DNA from: an uncultured Bacillota bacterium
Lineage (GTDB): Bacteria > Bacillota > Limnochordia > Limnochordales > ZCTH02-B6
Direction of reading: 5' to 3'
NCBI GenBank assembly: GCA_937916565.1
Contig: CALFSR010000021.1
Span: 122 to 64,121, forward strand
DNA: 64,000 nucleotides
Shown: positions 28,216 to 41,062 of the stretch, in pieces
Numbering within the stretch: position 1 is the first letter of the stretch
Layout of the letters: the number at the start of each line of letters is the position of its first letter
Notes under the pieces: generated by a model
The model's input: only the letters and a program-made list of their open reading frames with translations
Databases searched by the model: none
What the model was told of the DNA's origin: nothing
Position numbers and translations under genes: made by a program

Positions 28216-28707
28216 TTAAGCTTCGCCCTTTGCCGCCGGCGCCTCCACACGGAACATCGTGGCGAGCATGGTGGCTATTGCCGTCTCTTGCCCGTCGGCT
28301 CCGCGGGCCCAAACATCGCCGATGCAGACCGTCACCGTGCGCCCGGGCCGCAGCACCCGGCCCCGGGCAAGGAAGGACTGGCCCCGGGCCGGCGCCATCA
28401 GGTTGATCTTGAACTCTACGCTGAGCACTTCGCAGCCCGGAGGCATGAGGGACAACGCCGCGTACCCACAGGCGCTGTCCACGATGGCGGTTACGGCCGC
28501 CGCGTGCAGGTACCCGTGTTGCTGGGTCAGTTCGGGCCGGAACGCCAGCTCGATATCCACCAAGCCCGGCTCGACGCGCACGAGCCGGGCGCCGAACAAC
28601 TCCATGATGCGCTGGCGAGCAAAGCTCGCACGCACGCGCTCCGCGTAGTTGGGATCCTTGGGCTGCCATGCAGCCGGGGCCTGGGAGAACGCTGTCATCT
28701 CGTGCAC
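28216..28707 (-). CDS. PaaI-family hotdog thioesterase
   Basis: HGGxxxxLxDxxxG-like core (QQHGYLHAAAVTAIVDSACGYA), then SVEFKINLMAP...GRTVTV. Confidence 0.8.
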   Translation of the reverse strand: MHEMTAFSQAPAAWQPKDPNYAERVRASFARQRIMELFGARLVRVEPGLVDIELAFRPELTQQHGYLHAAAVTAIVDSACGYAALSLMPPGCEVLSVEFKINLMAPARGQSFLARGRVLRPGRTVTVCIGDVWARGADGQETAIATMLATMFRVEAPAAKGEA

Positions 28708-28758
28708 CTCTCAAGCAGGCAGGCCCGGGCGGGCCAGGTGATGGGCGCGGCCGGCGGC

Positions 28759-29448
28759 TCACGCCAGCCGGGCGCCGTTGATCACGAGATGAAACCGGCA
28801 GTCGAGAAACTCCGCGGCGCGGCGGGACATGATCATGCGCTGCAGAAAGATCTCGAAATACTCGAGGACGGAAGTGGCCTCACGTTCGATGGTCAACTCC
28901 AGCGTAATCGTGCGGGCCGTGCCGTCCACCGACAGGAACGACCGTACGACCGCATAGTTGACCCGATCGTGAATGTCGAAGGTGGCCGGGTCGCGGTTAC
29001 GCACCCGCGTCCGGTGTACGTCGGACTTGTCGGCCAAGATGAGAGCCGCCGACACCCGGTTTACCGGATGGCCGTGAGCTTCCTCGTGGTTGCCGATGGC
29101 GCCCAAAATGGTGGCCGCCTCCTGGGGCGGCATGCCCAGTTCGTCCAAGATGGGCGCCATCAGCACCGCGCCCGTCAGCGCGTGGCCGGCTCGGCCGACC
29201 ACGTTGCCGATGTCGTGGGTGTAGCCGGCGATGGCCGCGAGCTCCGCTTCCCGGGCCGGGCACCCCAGGCGCGTGAGGACGTTATAGGCGATTTTGGCCA
29301 CAAGTCCGCAGTGGCGTTCGCCGTGTTCGGTAAAACCGATGGCCGCCAGGTGCGCGTCCGCCTGCTTGACGAACGCGGCGACCTTTGGGTGCGCCCGCAC
29401 CACCTCAAGGGTAACCGGCGTCGCGCCGTTGCCGGACCCGCCTGTCAC
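28759..29448 (-). CDS. HD-domain phosphohydrolase
   Basis: H...HD metal-ligand pattern (HGERH ... YTHDIGN ... GNHEE ... ADKSD). 229 aa. Confidence 0.7.
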   Translation of the reverse strand: MTGGSGNGATPVTLEVVRAHPKVAAFVKQADAHLAAIGFTEHGERHCGLVAKIAYNVLTRLGCPAREAELAAIAGYTHDIGNVVGRAGHALTGAVLMAPILDELGMPPQEAATILGAIGNHEEAHGHPVNRVSAALILADKSDVHRTRVRNRDPATFDIHDRVNYAVVRSFLSVDGTARTITLELTIEREATSVLEYFEIFLQRMIMSRRAAEFLDCRFHLVINGARLA

Positions 29449-29451
29449 CGC

Positions 29452-29748
29452 TTAATCCCGGCCCTTCACATGGCCGACGCCCTGGCGGCTTAACCGGATC
29501 TCGACTTTGTCAGCGACCCGCAGGTGCACCTCGTCGTCCTTCACGCCGGTGATCTCGCCGTGGATACCGCCGACGGTGATGACCTTGTCGCCGACCTTGA
29601 GGCTGTCGAGCATCTCCTTGCGCTTGCGCTGCTGCTGCTGCTGGGGGCGGATGAGCAGGAAATAGAACACGGCGAACATCAAGATCAGGGGCAAAAGCGA
29701 CCCCAGGAGACCTGCGCTCCCTGGGGCTGCGGCCTGCAGTAGCACCAT
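29452..29748 (-). CDS. yajC: preprotein translocase subunit YajC
   Basis: FYFLLIRPQQQQQRKRKEMLDSLKVGDKVITVGGIHG. Confidence 0.9.
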   Translation of the reverse strand: MVLLQAAAPGSAGLLGSLLPLILMFAVFYFLLIRPQQQQQRKRKEMLDSLKVGDKVITVGGIHGEITGVKDDEVHLRVADKVEIRLSRQGVGHVKGRD

Positions 29749-29784
29749 CCGTGGTTCACTCCTCGCTTTCGGGCATAAGCACTT

Positions 29785-31991
<2,207 letters not shown>

Positions 31992-32033
31992 CGGATTCGC
32001 TCCTTGACGGGTGCGGTCACGGGCGGGCCCCGC

Positions 32034-32924
32034 TCAGCGGTACCCCAGCTCCTGGAGGGCGCCGGGCCGGTCCCGCCAGCCCGGTTTCGTCTTGACCCAC
32101 AGCTGCAGGTTGATCTGGCTGCCGAGCAGCGCCTCGATCTCCATGCGGGCGAGCCGCCCGATCTCCTTCAGCATGCGGCCTCCCTGACCGATGATGATGC
32201 CCTTTTGGCTGTCGCGCTCCACGATGATGGTGGCATGAATGTCCACCAGGTCCCGGTCGGGCCGCCGGCGCATCTGCTCCACCGTCACCGCGACGGAATG
32301 GGGCACTTCCTCCTGGGTCTGGTGGAACACTTGCTCCCGGATAAGTTCGGCGACGAGAAACTCCTCGGGCCTGTCCGTGACCCACTCGTCGGGGAAAAAC
32401 TTCGGGCCCTCGGGCAGCTGCGCCACGATCCAGTCCACAAGCTCTGCGGTCCCCTGGCCCGTCACCGCCGATACGGGCGCCACATGGGCAAAGTCGCCCA
32501 GCTCGGCAAAGGCCGCCACCGCGGCCGCGCTTTCCTGGACCAGGTCCATCTTGTTGACGACTAGTACGACCGGCGTGTCCACACTCGATAGCTCCTTGGC
32601 AATGAGCCGATCACCCGCACGCACGCCGGCGGCGCCGTCGACGACGAACAGGATGACATCCACCTCGTTCCAGGTGGTGCGCGCCGTTTGCACCATGTAG
32701 TCTCCCAGCAGGTGCTTGGGCTTGTGTACACCGGGCGTGTCGATGAAGACCACTTGGGCGTCGGGCCGGGTCAAGACGGCTTGGATGCGGTGCCGGGTCG
32801 TCTGCGGCTTGTCGGAAACGATAGCCACTTTGGCGCCGACGACCGCATTGAGCAGCGTCGACTTGCCGACGTTGGGACGACCGATGAGGCTTGCGAAACC
32901 GGAACGGAACGCGCCTGCGTCCAC
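32034..32924 (-). CDS. era: GTPase Era
   Basis: GRPNVGKSTL, DTPG and NKxD motifs plus a C-terminal KH domain. Confidence 0.95.
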   Translation of the reverse strand: MDAGAFRSGFASLIGRPNVGKSTLLNAVVGAKVAIVSDKPQTTRHRIQAVLTRPDAQVVFIDTPGVHKPKHLLGDYMVQTARTTWNEVDVILFVVDGAAGVRAGDRLIAKELSSVDTPVVLVVNKMDLVQESAAAVAAFAELGDFAHVAPVSAVTGQGTAELVDWIVAQLPEGPKFFPDEWVTDRPEEFLVAELIREQVFHQTQEEVPHSVAVTVEQMRRRPDRDLVDIHATIIVERDSQKGIIIGQGGRMLKEIGRLARMEIEALLGSQINLQLWVKTKPGWRDRPGALQELGYR

Positions 32925-32927
32925 GCT

Positions 32928-33836
32928 CTACCCTTCCCTGGACGGCAGGTGAAACACGCCGGGGATCAGCTCCGCAAGCGCCACCACTCGCCGCTTGCCC
33001 TTGAGATTGGCCAAGATGACGGGCATGTCGGGTGCAAACTCGCTCAGCGTCTGCCGGCAAATGCCGCACGGCGGAGCGGGGTCGTCCACGTCCGTGACAA
33101 CCGCCAACGCCCGGAAGGCCCGCTGTCCATGCGCCACGGCGCTTCCCAGAGCCACCCGCTCGGCGCAGATGGTCGCGCCATACGACGCGTTTTCCATGTT
33201 GCAGCCCGTGAAGATCTCGCCGCTTTCGCCCATGAGCGCGGCACCCACGAGGAACCCGGAGTAAGGCGCGTAAGCCCGTTCCCGCGCTTCCCGCGCCGCG
33301 GCGACGAGCTTATCGACTTCCGCCTCGGAAAGCCCAAACGGGCCTTCGCTCGCCATGTCCACAGCCATCACCTTCCTTGGTGCCGCCTGCGCCAGGGCCA
33401 GCGCCGCGGCCAAGCCGCCCGAAGACAGCGCAGCCAAGAGCGGCGGCAAGTAAGGGACGAACACGATGTACCCGATGACCGCCGCCGCGCATGCGACGAC
33501 GAGGACGCCGCCCGCGGCGACGTTTTTCGCGACAGCGGCCAGGGGGTGGTACGCCGGCGTCACCAGGTCCACGACCGTTTCCACGGCGGTGTTGAGGAGC
33601 TCCGCGGCCAACACCGCGCCGATGGCCAGGACGAGTACGGCCAGCTCCACACCCTTCAACCCAACCGCCCACGCCAGCAGCGTCACCGCAGCCGCCGCGA
33701 GGACGTGAACGCGCACGTTGCGCTGGGTGCGAAACGCGTACGCGACACCTGCAAACGCAAAGCGGAAGCTCTCGATCAGCGTGCGGGCGCGCATGGGACG
33801 CCCGTGCTCCTCTCCCGCGGCCGCCTCAGGCCTCAC
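32928..33836 (-). CDS. fused diacylglycerol/undecaprenol kinase (DgkA) and cytidine deaminase (Cdd)
   Basis: One 302-aa ORF. Residues about 15-130 match DgkA ([29 protein letters not shown]). Residues about 165-302 match Cdd ([28 protein letters not shown]). No stop lies between them. Confidence 0.85.
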   Translation of the reverse strand: MRPEAAAGEEHGRPMRARTLIESFRFAFAGVAYAFRTQRNVRVHVLAAAAVTLLAWAVGLKGVELAVLVLAIGAVLAAELLNTAVETVVDLVTPAYHPLAAVAKNVAAGGVLVVACAAAVIGYIVFVPYLPPLLAALSSGGLAAALALAQAAPRKVMAVDMASEGPFGLSEAEVDKLVAAAREARERAYAPYSGFLVGAALMGESGEIFTGCNMENASYGATICAERVALGSAVAHGQRAFRALAVVTDVDDPAPPCGICRQTLSEFAPDMPVILANLKGKRRVVALAELIPGVFHLPSREG

Positions 33837-34312
33837 CGCACGAGGCCCGCCTCGGACAAAATGGCTTCCTCCCGCTCCCGCATGGCGGCCCGGTCGGTTT
33901 CCTCCTCATGATCATAGCCCAGCAGGTGCAATACCCCGTGCACGCACAAGTAGGCCAGCTCCCGCTCGAGGCTATGACCGTAGTCTTGTGCCTGACGGGC
34001 CGCCGTCTCCACGGAGATGACGACGTCGCCGACGAGAAGGGGCCGCTCCGGGAAGCGTTCCGGGTGCTCCCGCACAAGGGCAAGCTCCTCCGGTTCCCAG
34101 ATGGGAAATGACAAGACGTCGGTAGGCGCGTCCTTGTCCCGGTAGTCGCGGTTGAGCTGCCGGATCTCCTCATCGTCCACAAGGGTCACGTCCACCTGAG
34201 CGTGATCGGGCATGCCTTCGGCCGCCAACGCGGCCCGGGCGACGGCGACGAGCTGGTCCGTCATGGCCTCGGTCACGGACAGGCGGGTGCGATTGATCAA
34301 TAAAACGTCCAT
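33833..34312 (-). CDS. ybeY: rRNA maturation RNase YbeY
   Basis: [11 protein letters not shown] zinc motif. 159 aa. Confidence 0.93.
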   Translation of the reverse strand: MDVLLINRTRLSVTEAMTDQLVAVARAALAAEGMPDHAQVDVTLVDDEEIRQLNRDYRDKDAPTDVLSFPIWEPEELALVREHPERFPERPLLVGDVVISVETAARQAQDYGHSLERELAYLCVHGVLHLLGYDHEEETDRAAMREREEAILSEAGLVR

Positions 34313-34370
34313 GCGGCTCCTCCTTGGGCGACCGGGCCTTCTCCGGTCCAGACGTGCCCGCCCGCCGGGA

Positions 34371-36680
34371 TCACGCGCGGCGGGCCTCCTGTTCCTTCAG
34401 CCGCTTCAGCTCCTGCTCCCGTACGGCCATCTCCGGATACTCGACCCGCTTGTGGAAAATGCCGGTCAAGACCCGTACAAAGGCTTCGGCGATCTTGTCC
34501 AGATCCCGCAAGGTCAGGTCGCTCTCATCGAGCTCGCCGGCTTCCAAGCGGTCCCTGATGATCCGCCGAACAAAACCCTCAATGCGCCCGGGGGTCGGCC
34601 GCCCCAGCGACCGCACGGCTGCTTCCACCGCGTCGGCCAGCATGACAAGGGCGGTCTCCTTGGACTGCGGGCGGGGTCCGGGATAGCGGAAGTCTTTTTC
34701 GTCGACGGACTCGCCCTTAGCGTTTTCCACGGCCTTTTGGTAGAAGTACTTGACCAGGTCCGTACCGTGATGCTCCCGGATGAAGTTCACGATAACGTCG
34801 GGCAGATGGTACTCCTTGGCGAGCTCGAGGCCGTCCCGCACGTGCGAGATGATGATCAGGGTGCTCAGCGTCGGCGACAGCTTGTCGTGGGGGTTTTCCC
34901 CGCCAAACTGGTTCTCCACGAAAAAGTACGGGCGCTTCGTCTTGCCGATGTCGTGGTACTGGGCCCCGACCCGCACCAGAAGCTGGTCGGCGCCGATGGC
35001 CTCCGCGGCCGCCTCGGCCAAGTTGCCCACGAGAATGCTGTGGTGGTACGTGCCCGGCGCCTCCATCAGCAGTTTGCGCAGCAACGGGTGATTGGGATTG
35101 GACAGCTCAAGGAGCCGGATCGACGACGTGATGCCAAAAAGCGTCTCCAAGTACGGCAAGAGGCCGATGGTGCCCACCGCGGACACGATGCCGTTGACGA
35201 TGCCCAGAAACGAGTATTGGACCAGGAACACTTCGCTGCGGATGAGTCCAAGGGCGATCATCGCCAAAAAGCACGCCCCGCCCACGATGAAACCGGCCCG
35301 CGTGAGATCCGAGCGCTGGCTCACCTTGGAAACGCTGTATACGGCCGCGATGCCGCCGGCAAGACCGAGCAGCAGCCAGCGCCCGTCGAAGCCAAACAGG
35401 GCTGCCAGCATCGTCGACAAGACGATGCTGACCACGACGGCAAGTCGCGAATCCAACAGGAGCGTGACCAAAAGGCCCGCCAATCCCACCGGCACTAGAA
35501 TGGCGGTGCCGTCCCAATCGATGAAGCTGCCCACCTTGGCCAAGCCGGCGACAAGCAGCACGATGAGCCCCAGCAGCGCGAGCTGCCGTTCGCTCATGAG
35601 GATATCTCGCCGGTGCTGGTATAGGTACACTCCCACCACGCCAAACAGGAGCAACAGCAAGAGCGCGCTGCCGGCCAACTGGCCGTAGCTGAACCCGCCC
35701 TCCAAGAGTCCGAGGTCCTGCAGCAGGGTGACGTGCTCGGGGCCGACCTGATCGCCCCGGCGGATGATGATCTGGCCTTCCACCACCCGTACCTCGGCCA
35801 CGGAGCGTATCGCGTCCTGCCGAGCCCGCTCCATCCGCTCAGGGCTCGGGATCAGGTTCGGGCGGATGACCGCCTGCACAACCTCGGCCACCAGTTCCCG
35901 CTCTCCTGCAGGCAACGCGGCGATCTGCGCCTGGGTCAAGACCGCCTCCCGCTCCCGCTCCAGGTCGTCGGTGCCAATGCGGCGGCGCTGCATGAAGTCG
36001 GCCGCGAAGCGTGCCGTCCGGTCCGCGAGCGCCGTGCGCGCCTCGTCAGGGAGCGCCAAGGCGTAGGCCAGTACGTCCGCCGCCAGCTCCACTCCCTGGT
36101 CGGCCAACAGCGCCTGCGCCCGGGCCACCATGTCGTCAATGGGCAGAGGCGGCGGTGCCGGGGCTTGCAACTCCTCCGGCTGTTCACCCGCGTCCTGTGA
36201 CGCCCCGGACGGCGACTCCGCGGGCAGATCAGTCTCCGCGAGGGCATCCACCGCGCCCTTGCGCACTTCGGCAAGGACGCCGAAGATTGCTTTCACACGC
36301 TCTTCGGAGCGCAGCGCTTCCGCGGGGTTGATCTCCCAGTTGACCGGGTCGAGCTCGGCGTCGCGCACCGCCTGCCGTGCCGCCTGTTCCCGCAGCTGTT
36401 CCGTCCGGTACCTGTCGACCACGTCCCGGGGTGCGACCACGTCGTGGGTGGCCACATCCCCCACTTTCCAGTCCACCGCGTCCGGCCCGGCGCTAGCCGT
36501 CATAAGGACCAGGAGAACCACATACAGCGATCCTGCAAGCAGCAGGCGCCGGGCGCGGCTGGGCCGCGTAAAGAAACCGGCGATGGGTGCCCATACGGAT
36601 GCGCGCAAAGACGCCCACGCGCCGTGGGCGCCCCCGCGACGGCCCTGGCCCGAACCGTTGCCGTCAGTTCTCCTGAACAT
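34371..36680 (-). CDS. pgpH: 7TM-receptor HD-domain phosphodiesterase PgpH (YqfF-like, c-di-AMP PDE family)
   Basis: Extracellular domain, 7 TM helices and HD domain ([14 protein letters not shown]...QYHDIGK). Start set at the ATG at 36680 after GGGAG; the ORF-track start at 36902 lies inside phoH. Confidence 0.85.
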   Translation of the reverse strand: MFRRTDGNGSGQGRRGGAHGAWASLRASVWAPIAGFFTRPSRARRLLLAGSLYVVLLVLMTASAGPDAVDWKVGDVATHDVVAPRDVVDRYRTEQLREQAARQAVRDAELDPVNWEINPAEALRSEERVKAIFGVLAEVRKGAVDALAETDLPAESPSGASQDAGEQPEELQAPAPPPLPIDDMVARAQALLADQGVELAADVLAYALALPDEARTALADRTARFAADFMQRRRIGTDDLEREREAVLTQAQIAALPAGERELVAEVVQAVIRPNLIPSPERMERARQDAIRSVAEVRVVEGQIIIRRGDQVGPEHVTLLQDLGLLEGGFSYGQLAGSALLLLLLFGVVGVYLYQHRRDILMSERQLALLGLIVLLVAGLAKVGSFIDWDGTAILVPVGLAGLLVTLLLDSRLAVVVSIVLSTMLAALFGFDGRWLLLGLAGGIAAVYSVSKVSQRSDLTRAGFIVGGACFLAMIALGLIRSEVFLVQYSFLGIVNGIVSAVGTIGLLPYLETLFGITSSIRLLELSNPNHPLLRKLLMEAPGTYHHSILVGNLAEAAAEAIGADQLLVRVGAQYHDIGKTKRPYFFVENQFGGENPHDKLSPTLSTLIIISHVRDGLELAKEYHLPDVIVNFIREHHGTDLVKYFYQKAVENAKGESVDEKDFRYPGPRPQSKETALVMLADAVEAAVRSLGRPTPGRIEGFVRRIIRDRLEAGELDESDLTLRDLDKIAEAFVRVLTGIFHKRVEYPEMAVREQELKRLKEQEARRA

Positions 36681-37692
36681 GCCGGTCATCTCCCGCCGCT
36701 TCCGCCCGCTGTCCGTTGCGAGCCTGGGCGCGGCGCTGCTCGTCCCGCTCGTAGGCGCGCACGATGGTCTGCACCAGTTCGTGCCGGACGACGTCCGCGT
36801 CCGACAGCTCGATGAAGGGGATTCCCGTTTCCGCCAGCACCATGCGTGCGTGCGCGAGACCCGACACTTGCCCCGGCGGCAGGTCGATCTGGGTGAGATC
36901 ACCCGTCACTACCATCCGGGAACGCAGGCCCATGCGGGTCAGAAACATCTTCATCTGCTCGGGCGTGGTGTTTTGCGCCTCATCCAGAATGACGAAGGCA
37001 TCCTCCAGCGTCCGGCCCCGCATGTACGCCAAGGGGGCGACTTCGATGACGCCCCGCTCCACATGGCGCTGGTACGTCTCGGCGCCGACAATATCGTACA
37101 AAGCATCGTACAGTGGCCGCAAGTACGGGTCGACCTTCTCCTGCAGGTCGCCTGGGAGAAATCCCAGCCGCTCACCGGCTTCCACCGCCGGCCGGCACAG
37201 GACGATGCGCGAGACCACCCTCTCCTTGAGGGCGGAAACCGCCACCGCCACGGCCAGGTACGTCTTGCCCGTGCCGGCCGGGCCGATGGCAAACACGAGG
37301 CTGTGGCGCTGCATAGCGTCCACATACAGCTTCTGCCCGAGCGTCCGCGGCGTTACCGGCCGGCCCCGGGCGGTCAGCACCACGGCTTCCTTTTGAATGT
37401 CCGAGAGCCTGGCACCGTTGCCATGGGTCGCCAGGCGCAACGCATAGCGAACCTCCTGAGACGTCAAGTACGGGCGCCGGCGGGCTAGCTCGGTCAAGTC
37501 GCGCAGCACCCGCAGGGCCTTGTCCACCGCAGGCGCATCTCCGCTGATGGCCAGCGTATTGCCGCGCGGGACGATGCTCACGCCCAGCTCCCGCGCGATC
37601 GCCCGCAGGTGCTCGTCGCGCTCGCCAAACACCCCCAAGGCCGCCGCATTATCGTCGACGACGAACTTCGCTTCTGCCACCGCGTTGCCCAA
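36664..37692 (-). CDS. phoH: PhoH-like ATPase
   Basis: Walker A GPAGTGKTYLAVA, and DEAQN. Confidence 0.93.
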   Translation of the reverse strand: MGNAVAEAKFVVDDNAAALGVFGERDEHLRAIARELGVSIVPRGNTLAISGDAPAVDKALRVLRDLTELARRRPYLTSQEVRYALRLATHGNGARLSDIQKEAVVLTARGRPVTPRTLGQKLYVDAMQRHSLVFAIGPAGTGKTYLAVAVAVSALKERVVSRIVLCRPAVEAGERLGFLPGDLQEKVDPYLRPLYDALYDIVGAETYQRHVERGVIEVAPLAYMRGRTLEDAFVILDEAQNTTPEQMKMFLTRMGLRSRMVVTGDLTQIDLPPGQVSGLAHARMVLAETGIPFIELSDADVVRHELVQTIVRAYERDEQRRAQARNGQRAEAAGDDRHVQEN

Positions 37693-37754
37693 GCTCGCGG
37701 GTACCCCTCCTCATAAAGTCAACGCGCCCGTGCTCACCGCCGGAACGCCGTGGG

Positions 37755-38966
37755 CTATCCGGGGCCGCCCGCCGGGCCGCCGATGGGCTCAAAGCGCCCC
37801 AGTTCCTGCCGGACTTCGATAGTTACCGCGGCCCGCACGACTCCGGCCGCCGTGTCGTCCCACACGGACACCTGCTCGTCCAAGACTTCCGCCGCCGGCG
37901 GGAGTTGCGCCAGCGCCTGTGTCCTGGCTTGTGCCAGCGCTTCCTCCCGGGCGGCAACGGGATCCGGCGGCGCCTGCGTGCGCCGCACCTCCCGGGCGAC
38001 GCGCCAGGTGACCGCAAGACCCGGGAACCAGCCTGGCGACCACTCCCACAGTTCCCACCGGGCATCGGCAAAGGGCGGCTCCGGACTGCCCATCTCGACC
38101 CGCCGCTCACCGACGCTGATCACCAGTTGCCGGTGCACCCGGCCCGTTTCTGTTTCGGACGAATGCGCCAGCGCCGCCTCGGCCAGACCACGGTACCAGG
38201 TACGCCCCTGAACGGTGCCCGCGGCCCGGACATACGGCAGCTCCCCTTGCGCGACCCGCTCTTCGTACTCGGCGCTGCCCGGCGGGAGCATGCCGCTGAT
38301 GAGCGGCTGTCCTTCCCGCACCGTCTCGCCGGGAGCGACCAGCGCCTCGCCCCGGACGAGGGCGATCCGTTCCACAACGCCGTCCCGGGACGCCACGATG
38401 TGGCCCGGCCGGCGGACGTCGTCGCCAAGCACCGTCCGTTCGACGACCCGCACCGTGGCGGCCGCTCCCCGGACGTCCACCGCGACCCACGCAAGACGGG
38501 GAATCGCCAAGTGGAGCCGCCGCTCGACGACGTCCCGCTGCACCCGCTCGCGCAGGACGCCCGGGCGCAAGCCCGCCTCCGCAGCGACGGCCAAGATCTC
38601 GTCGGCAGGGACCGTCCCCGCCCCATCCACCTGGACGAACCAGACGAACTGGGCGAGGACATACAAGAGCGCCGCGAACAGGGCACCGCCGGCGACAAAC
38701 GCCTGCCGGCGCCCGGCGCGGATCAGTACGAAGGGAAGCCCCTCCTTGCGCAGAATGGAGACGTCGACCCCGAGCCCCCTGGCCGCTCGCGCCAGCGCCG
38801 GAAAGTCGCCGGCGTGCACGCGCGCCACCAACAGCTCAGGCCCGGCCCTCTCCAACTGCCACAGGCCGATCCCTTGCGCGACCGCGCGGTTGACAAGCGC
38901 CTCCAGGCGCCCGCCCCGCGCTCTGATTATAACATATCCCCTGAATAGCGACGATAAGGCGCGCAA
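37755..38966 (-). CDS. yqfD: sporulation protein YqfD (stage IV)
   Basis: N-terminus MRALSSLFRGYVIIRARGG aligns with B. subtilis YqfD (MKNKWLSFFSGKVQLELTGRG). It has a central TM helix and follows yqfC. TTG start at 38966; the ORF-track extension overlaps yqfC. Confidence 0.85.
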   Translation of the reverse strand: MRALSSLFRGYVIIRARGGRLEALVNRAVAQGIGLWQLERAGPELLVARVHAGDFPALARAARGLGVDVSILRKEGLPFVLIRAGRRQAFVAGGALFAALLYVLAQFVWFVQVDGAGTVPADEILAVAAEAGLRPGVLRERVQRDVVERRLHLAIPRLAWVAVDVRGAAATVRVVERTVLGDDVRRPGHIVASRDGVVERIALVRGEALVAPGETVREGQPLISGMLPPGSAEYEERVAQGELPYVRAAGTVQGRTWYRGLAEAALAHSSETETGRVHRQLVISVGERRVEMGSPEPPFADARWELWEWSPGWFPGLAVTWRVAREVRRTQAPPDPVAAREEALAQARTQALAQLPPAAEVLDEQVSVWDDTAAGVVRAAVTIEVRQELGRFEPIGGPAGGPG

Positions 38967-38985
38967 CGGCGAGGCCGGGCCCTCC

Positions 38986-39264
38986 CTACCGGCGCAGCTG
39001 CACCTGGAGGATGCGCCCGTCCACCACCAGTTCCTGCGGCAAGATACTGCCGATGCGCAAGCGGCTGCCCGACACCACCAGCTCCCCCCGGGCCGTTCGC
39101 ACCCGCACCTCCCGGGGACTGTAGTGAAGCAGCCCCTGGTGATTTTCCACCAGCACCTGCACATCGCCGATGAGCGTCGTTTTGGGCAGGTTGAACGCGA
39201 TGTCGAGGGGCAGGTCCAGCGCCCGGACAAGCCGCCCGACCAGCGTGCCGCGCTCGGGTTCCAC
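38986..39264 (-). CDS. yqfC: sporulation protein YqfC
   Basis: LDLPLDIAFNLPKTTLIGDVQVLVENHQGLLHYS...ILPQELVVDGRI aligns with B. subtilis YqfC. SD GGGAGGGA then GTG. Confidence 0.85.
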   Translation of the reverse strand: MEPERGTLVGRLVRALDLPLDIAFNLPKTTLIGDVQVLVENHQGLLHYSPREVRVRTARGELVVSGSRLRIGSILPQELVVDGRILQVQLRR

Positions 39265-39305
39265 GGACGTCCCTCCCGGGACACCCTATGCGGGCGGCAG
39301 CTGCG

Positions 39306-39971
39306 CTAGACCCGCGGCCACACCCGGTACGGCCGCGCCGCCCGGGGGGCATCGAGCACCTCCCTTAGGATCACGGCCGCACGCCACGGATTGTCGCCCG
39401 AAAGCAGCGCAGCGACTGCCGGCGTAGCACCACCGCCCGCCCTGTAAGCTTGCGGCCGCTGTGTCCGCTCAGGCGGCGCGCCCGGCGCCGCGTCCCAATC
39501 CTCGCCCAACGAGGACTCAAAATCGACGCCTCGCAGCCGCGGCGCGATAGTCGACGGGTGTATCGTCGGCTTGGCCGCCTGCGTCGCCGCGCTCTGGCGC
39601 CTTGTGGGTTCAGGCCGGCTCCAGGCCGGCCGTTCGCCTGGTCGCTCGGTGCCCGGGCCACGGCGGGAAGAGCCACGCTGCCCGGAGGGACGGCGAGCAG
39701 CCGGAGCGGAATCGCGCTCCGCCCCCTGCAGCACGACGGGCTGCGGCCCTTCTCCCCCGCCGGCGGCGGGCGGCGCGGCCGTCGCCTCTCTCGCCCGCCG
39801 CAACCGGCGCTCGAGCTCCTCCATATCGAGGACTATGGGGCCTAGCTCCCCGTCGCTCGGCGAGTCCTGCGCCCGTCGGCCGCCAGGAGCACCCCGGCGC
39901 ACGAGGCCGCTCAAGACCGACGAGAGGACGTAGAGCAGAAAGAGCACGACAAAAATATCATCAAAGCTCAA
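39306..39971 (-). CDS. hypothetical membrane-anchored protein with Arg/Ala/Pro-rich low-complexity body
   Basis: SD GGGAGGTGA, 6 nt, then TTG at 39971. N-terminal TM helix (IFVVLFLLYVLSSVLSGLV). No recognisable domain. Confidence 0.5.
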   Translation of the reverse strand: MSFDDIFVVLFLLYVLSSVLSGLVRRGAPGGRRAQDSPSDGELGPIVLDMEELERRLRRAREATAAPPAAGGGEGPQPVVLQGAERDSAPAARRPSGQRGSSRRGPGTERPGERPAWSRPEPTRRQSAATQAAKPTIHPSTIAPRLRGVDFESSLGEDWDAAPGAPPERTQRPQAYRAGGGATPAVAALLSGDNPWRAAVILREVLDAPRAARPYRVWPRV

Positions 39972-40007
39972 TCGCCCTCACCTCCCGCCCGCGGTACCAC
40001 GTGGTCC

Positions 40008-41021
40008 TCATTGCCCGCGCTTTGTCGGCTCGCCGCTCCCCTGGCCCTCGGCAGCCTCCCCGCCGCGGCCGATGGCCTGGCGCATTTCGGTGTCGGCAAT
40101 AAGGTTGCGCATGGCGTAGTAATCCATAACGCCTAGACGGCCTTCGCGCAGGGCCGAGGCCAGCGCCTTGGGTACTTCCGCCTCGGCCTCGACGACCCGG
40201 GCCCGCATCTCTTCGACCATGGCCCGCATCTCCTGCTCGCGGGCGAGAGCTGCGAACCGGCGTTCGGCCGCCTTGGCCTGGGCGATGTTCTTGTCGGCTT
40301 CGGCCTGGTCCATCTGCAGCTGCGCACCGATGTTGCGCCCTACGTCCACGTCAGCGATATCGATGGACAATATCTCATAGGCTGTTCCCGCGTCCAGGCC
40401 TTTGTCCAACACCGTCTTGGAAATGCGATCCGGGTTCTCCAGCACTTCTTCGTGGCTCTCCGCCGAACCAACCGTCGTCACGATGCCTTCGCCGACGCGG
40501 GCAACGATCGTCTCCTCACCGGCGCCGCCGACCAGCCGCTCGATGTTGGCCCGCACCGTAACGCGCGCCTTGACCTTGAGTTCGATGCCGTTTTTGGCCA
40601 CCGCGGAGATGACCGGCGTCTCGATCACCCGCGGGTTGACGCTCACCTGCACGGCTTCCAGGACGTTCCGGCCGGCGAGGTCGATGGCAGCCGCCCGCTC
40701 GAACGTAAGCTCGATCTGCGCCCGGTGGGCGGCGATCAAGGCGTCGACGACCCGGTCCACGTTGCCGCCCGCCAAATAGTGAGCCTCCAATTTGTCAATG
40801 GCAACGTCCATTCCGGCTTTCATCGCCTTGATAAGGGGCAGGACGATCTTTTGGGGCGGCACCCGGCGCAGCCGCATGCCGACAAGCTGCAGGATGCCCA
40901 CCCGCACGCCCGCCGCCCAAGAGGATATCCACAAGCCTACCGGGATGAAGTTGAAGAACACGATCACAAAGATTACCGCGAGCACAAAGATGAACAGACC
41001 TGTAAACGTCGCCAGTTCCAT
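40008..41021 (-). CDS. floA: flotillin-like protein FloA (YqfA, SPFH domain)
   Basis: Near-collinear identity to B. subtilis FloA blocks: [68 protein letters not shown]. Confidence 0.92.
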   Translation of the reverse strand: MELATFTGLFIFVLAVIFVIVFFNFIPVGLWISSWAAGVRVGILQLVGMRLRRVPPQKIVLPLIKAMKAGMDVAIDKLEAHYLAGGNVDRVVDALIAAHRAQIELTFERAAAIDLAGRNVLEAVQVSVNPRVIETPVISAVAKNGIELKVKARVTVRANIERLVGGAGEETIVARVGEGIVTTVGSAESHEEVLENPDRISKTVLDKGLDAGTAYEILSIDIADVDVGRNIGAQLQMDQAEADKNIAQAKAAERRFAALAREQEMRAMVEEMRARVVEAEAEVPKALASALREGRLGVMDYYAMRNLIADTEMRQAIGRGGEAAEGQGSGEPTKRGQ

Positions 41022-41062
41022 CGTCTCAGCCTCCCGCTCGATTGTTGCGGTGCTGCGTTTCC

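Noticed and set aside
39265-39305. CATAGGGTG upstream of yqfC as a sigma-E/K -10 element
   Set aside because: The -10-like match is present, but no AC or ATA-type -35 lies at 16-18 nt. The evidence is too weak to list as a feature.
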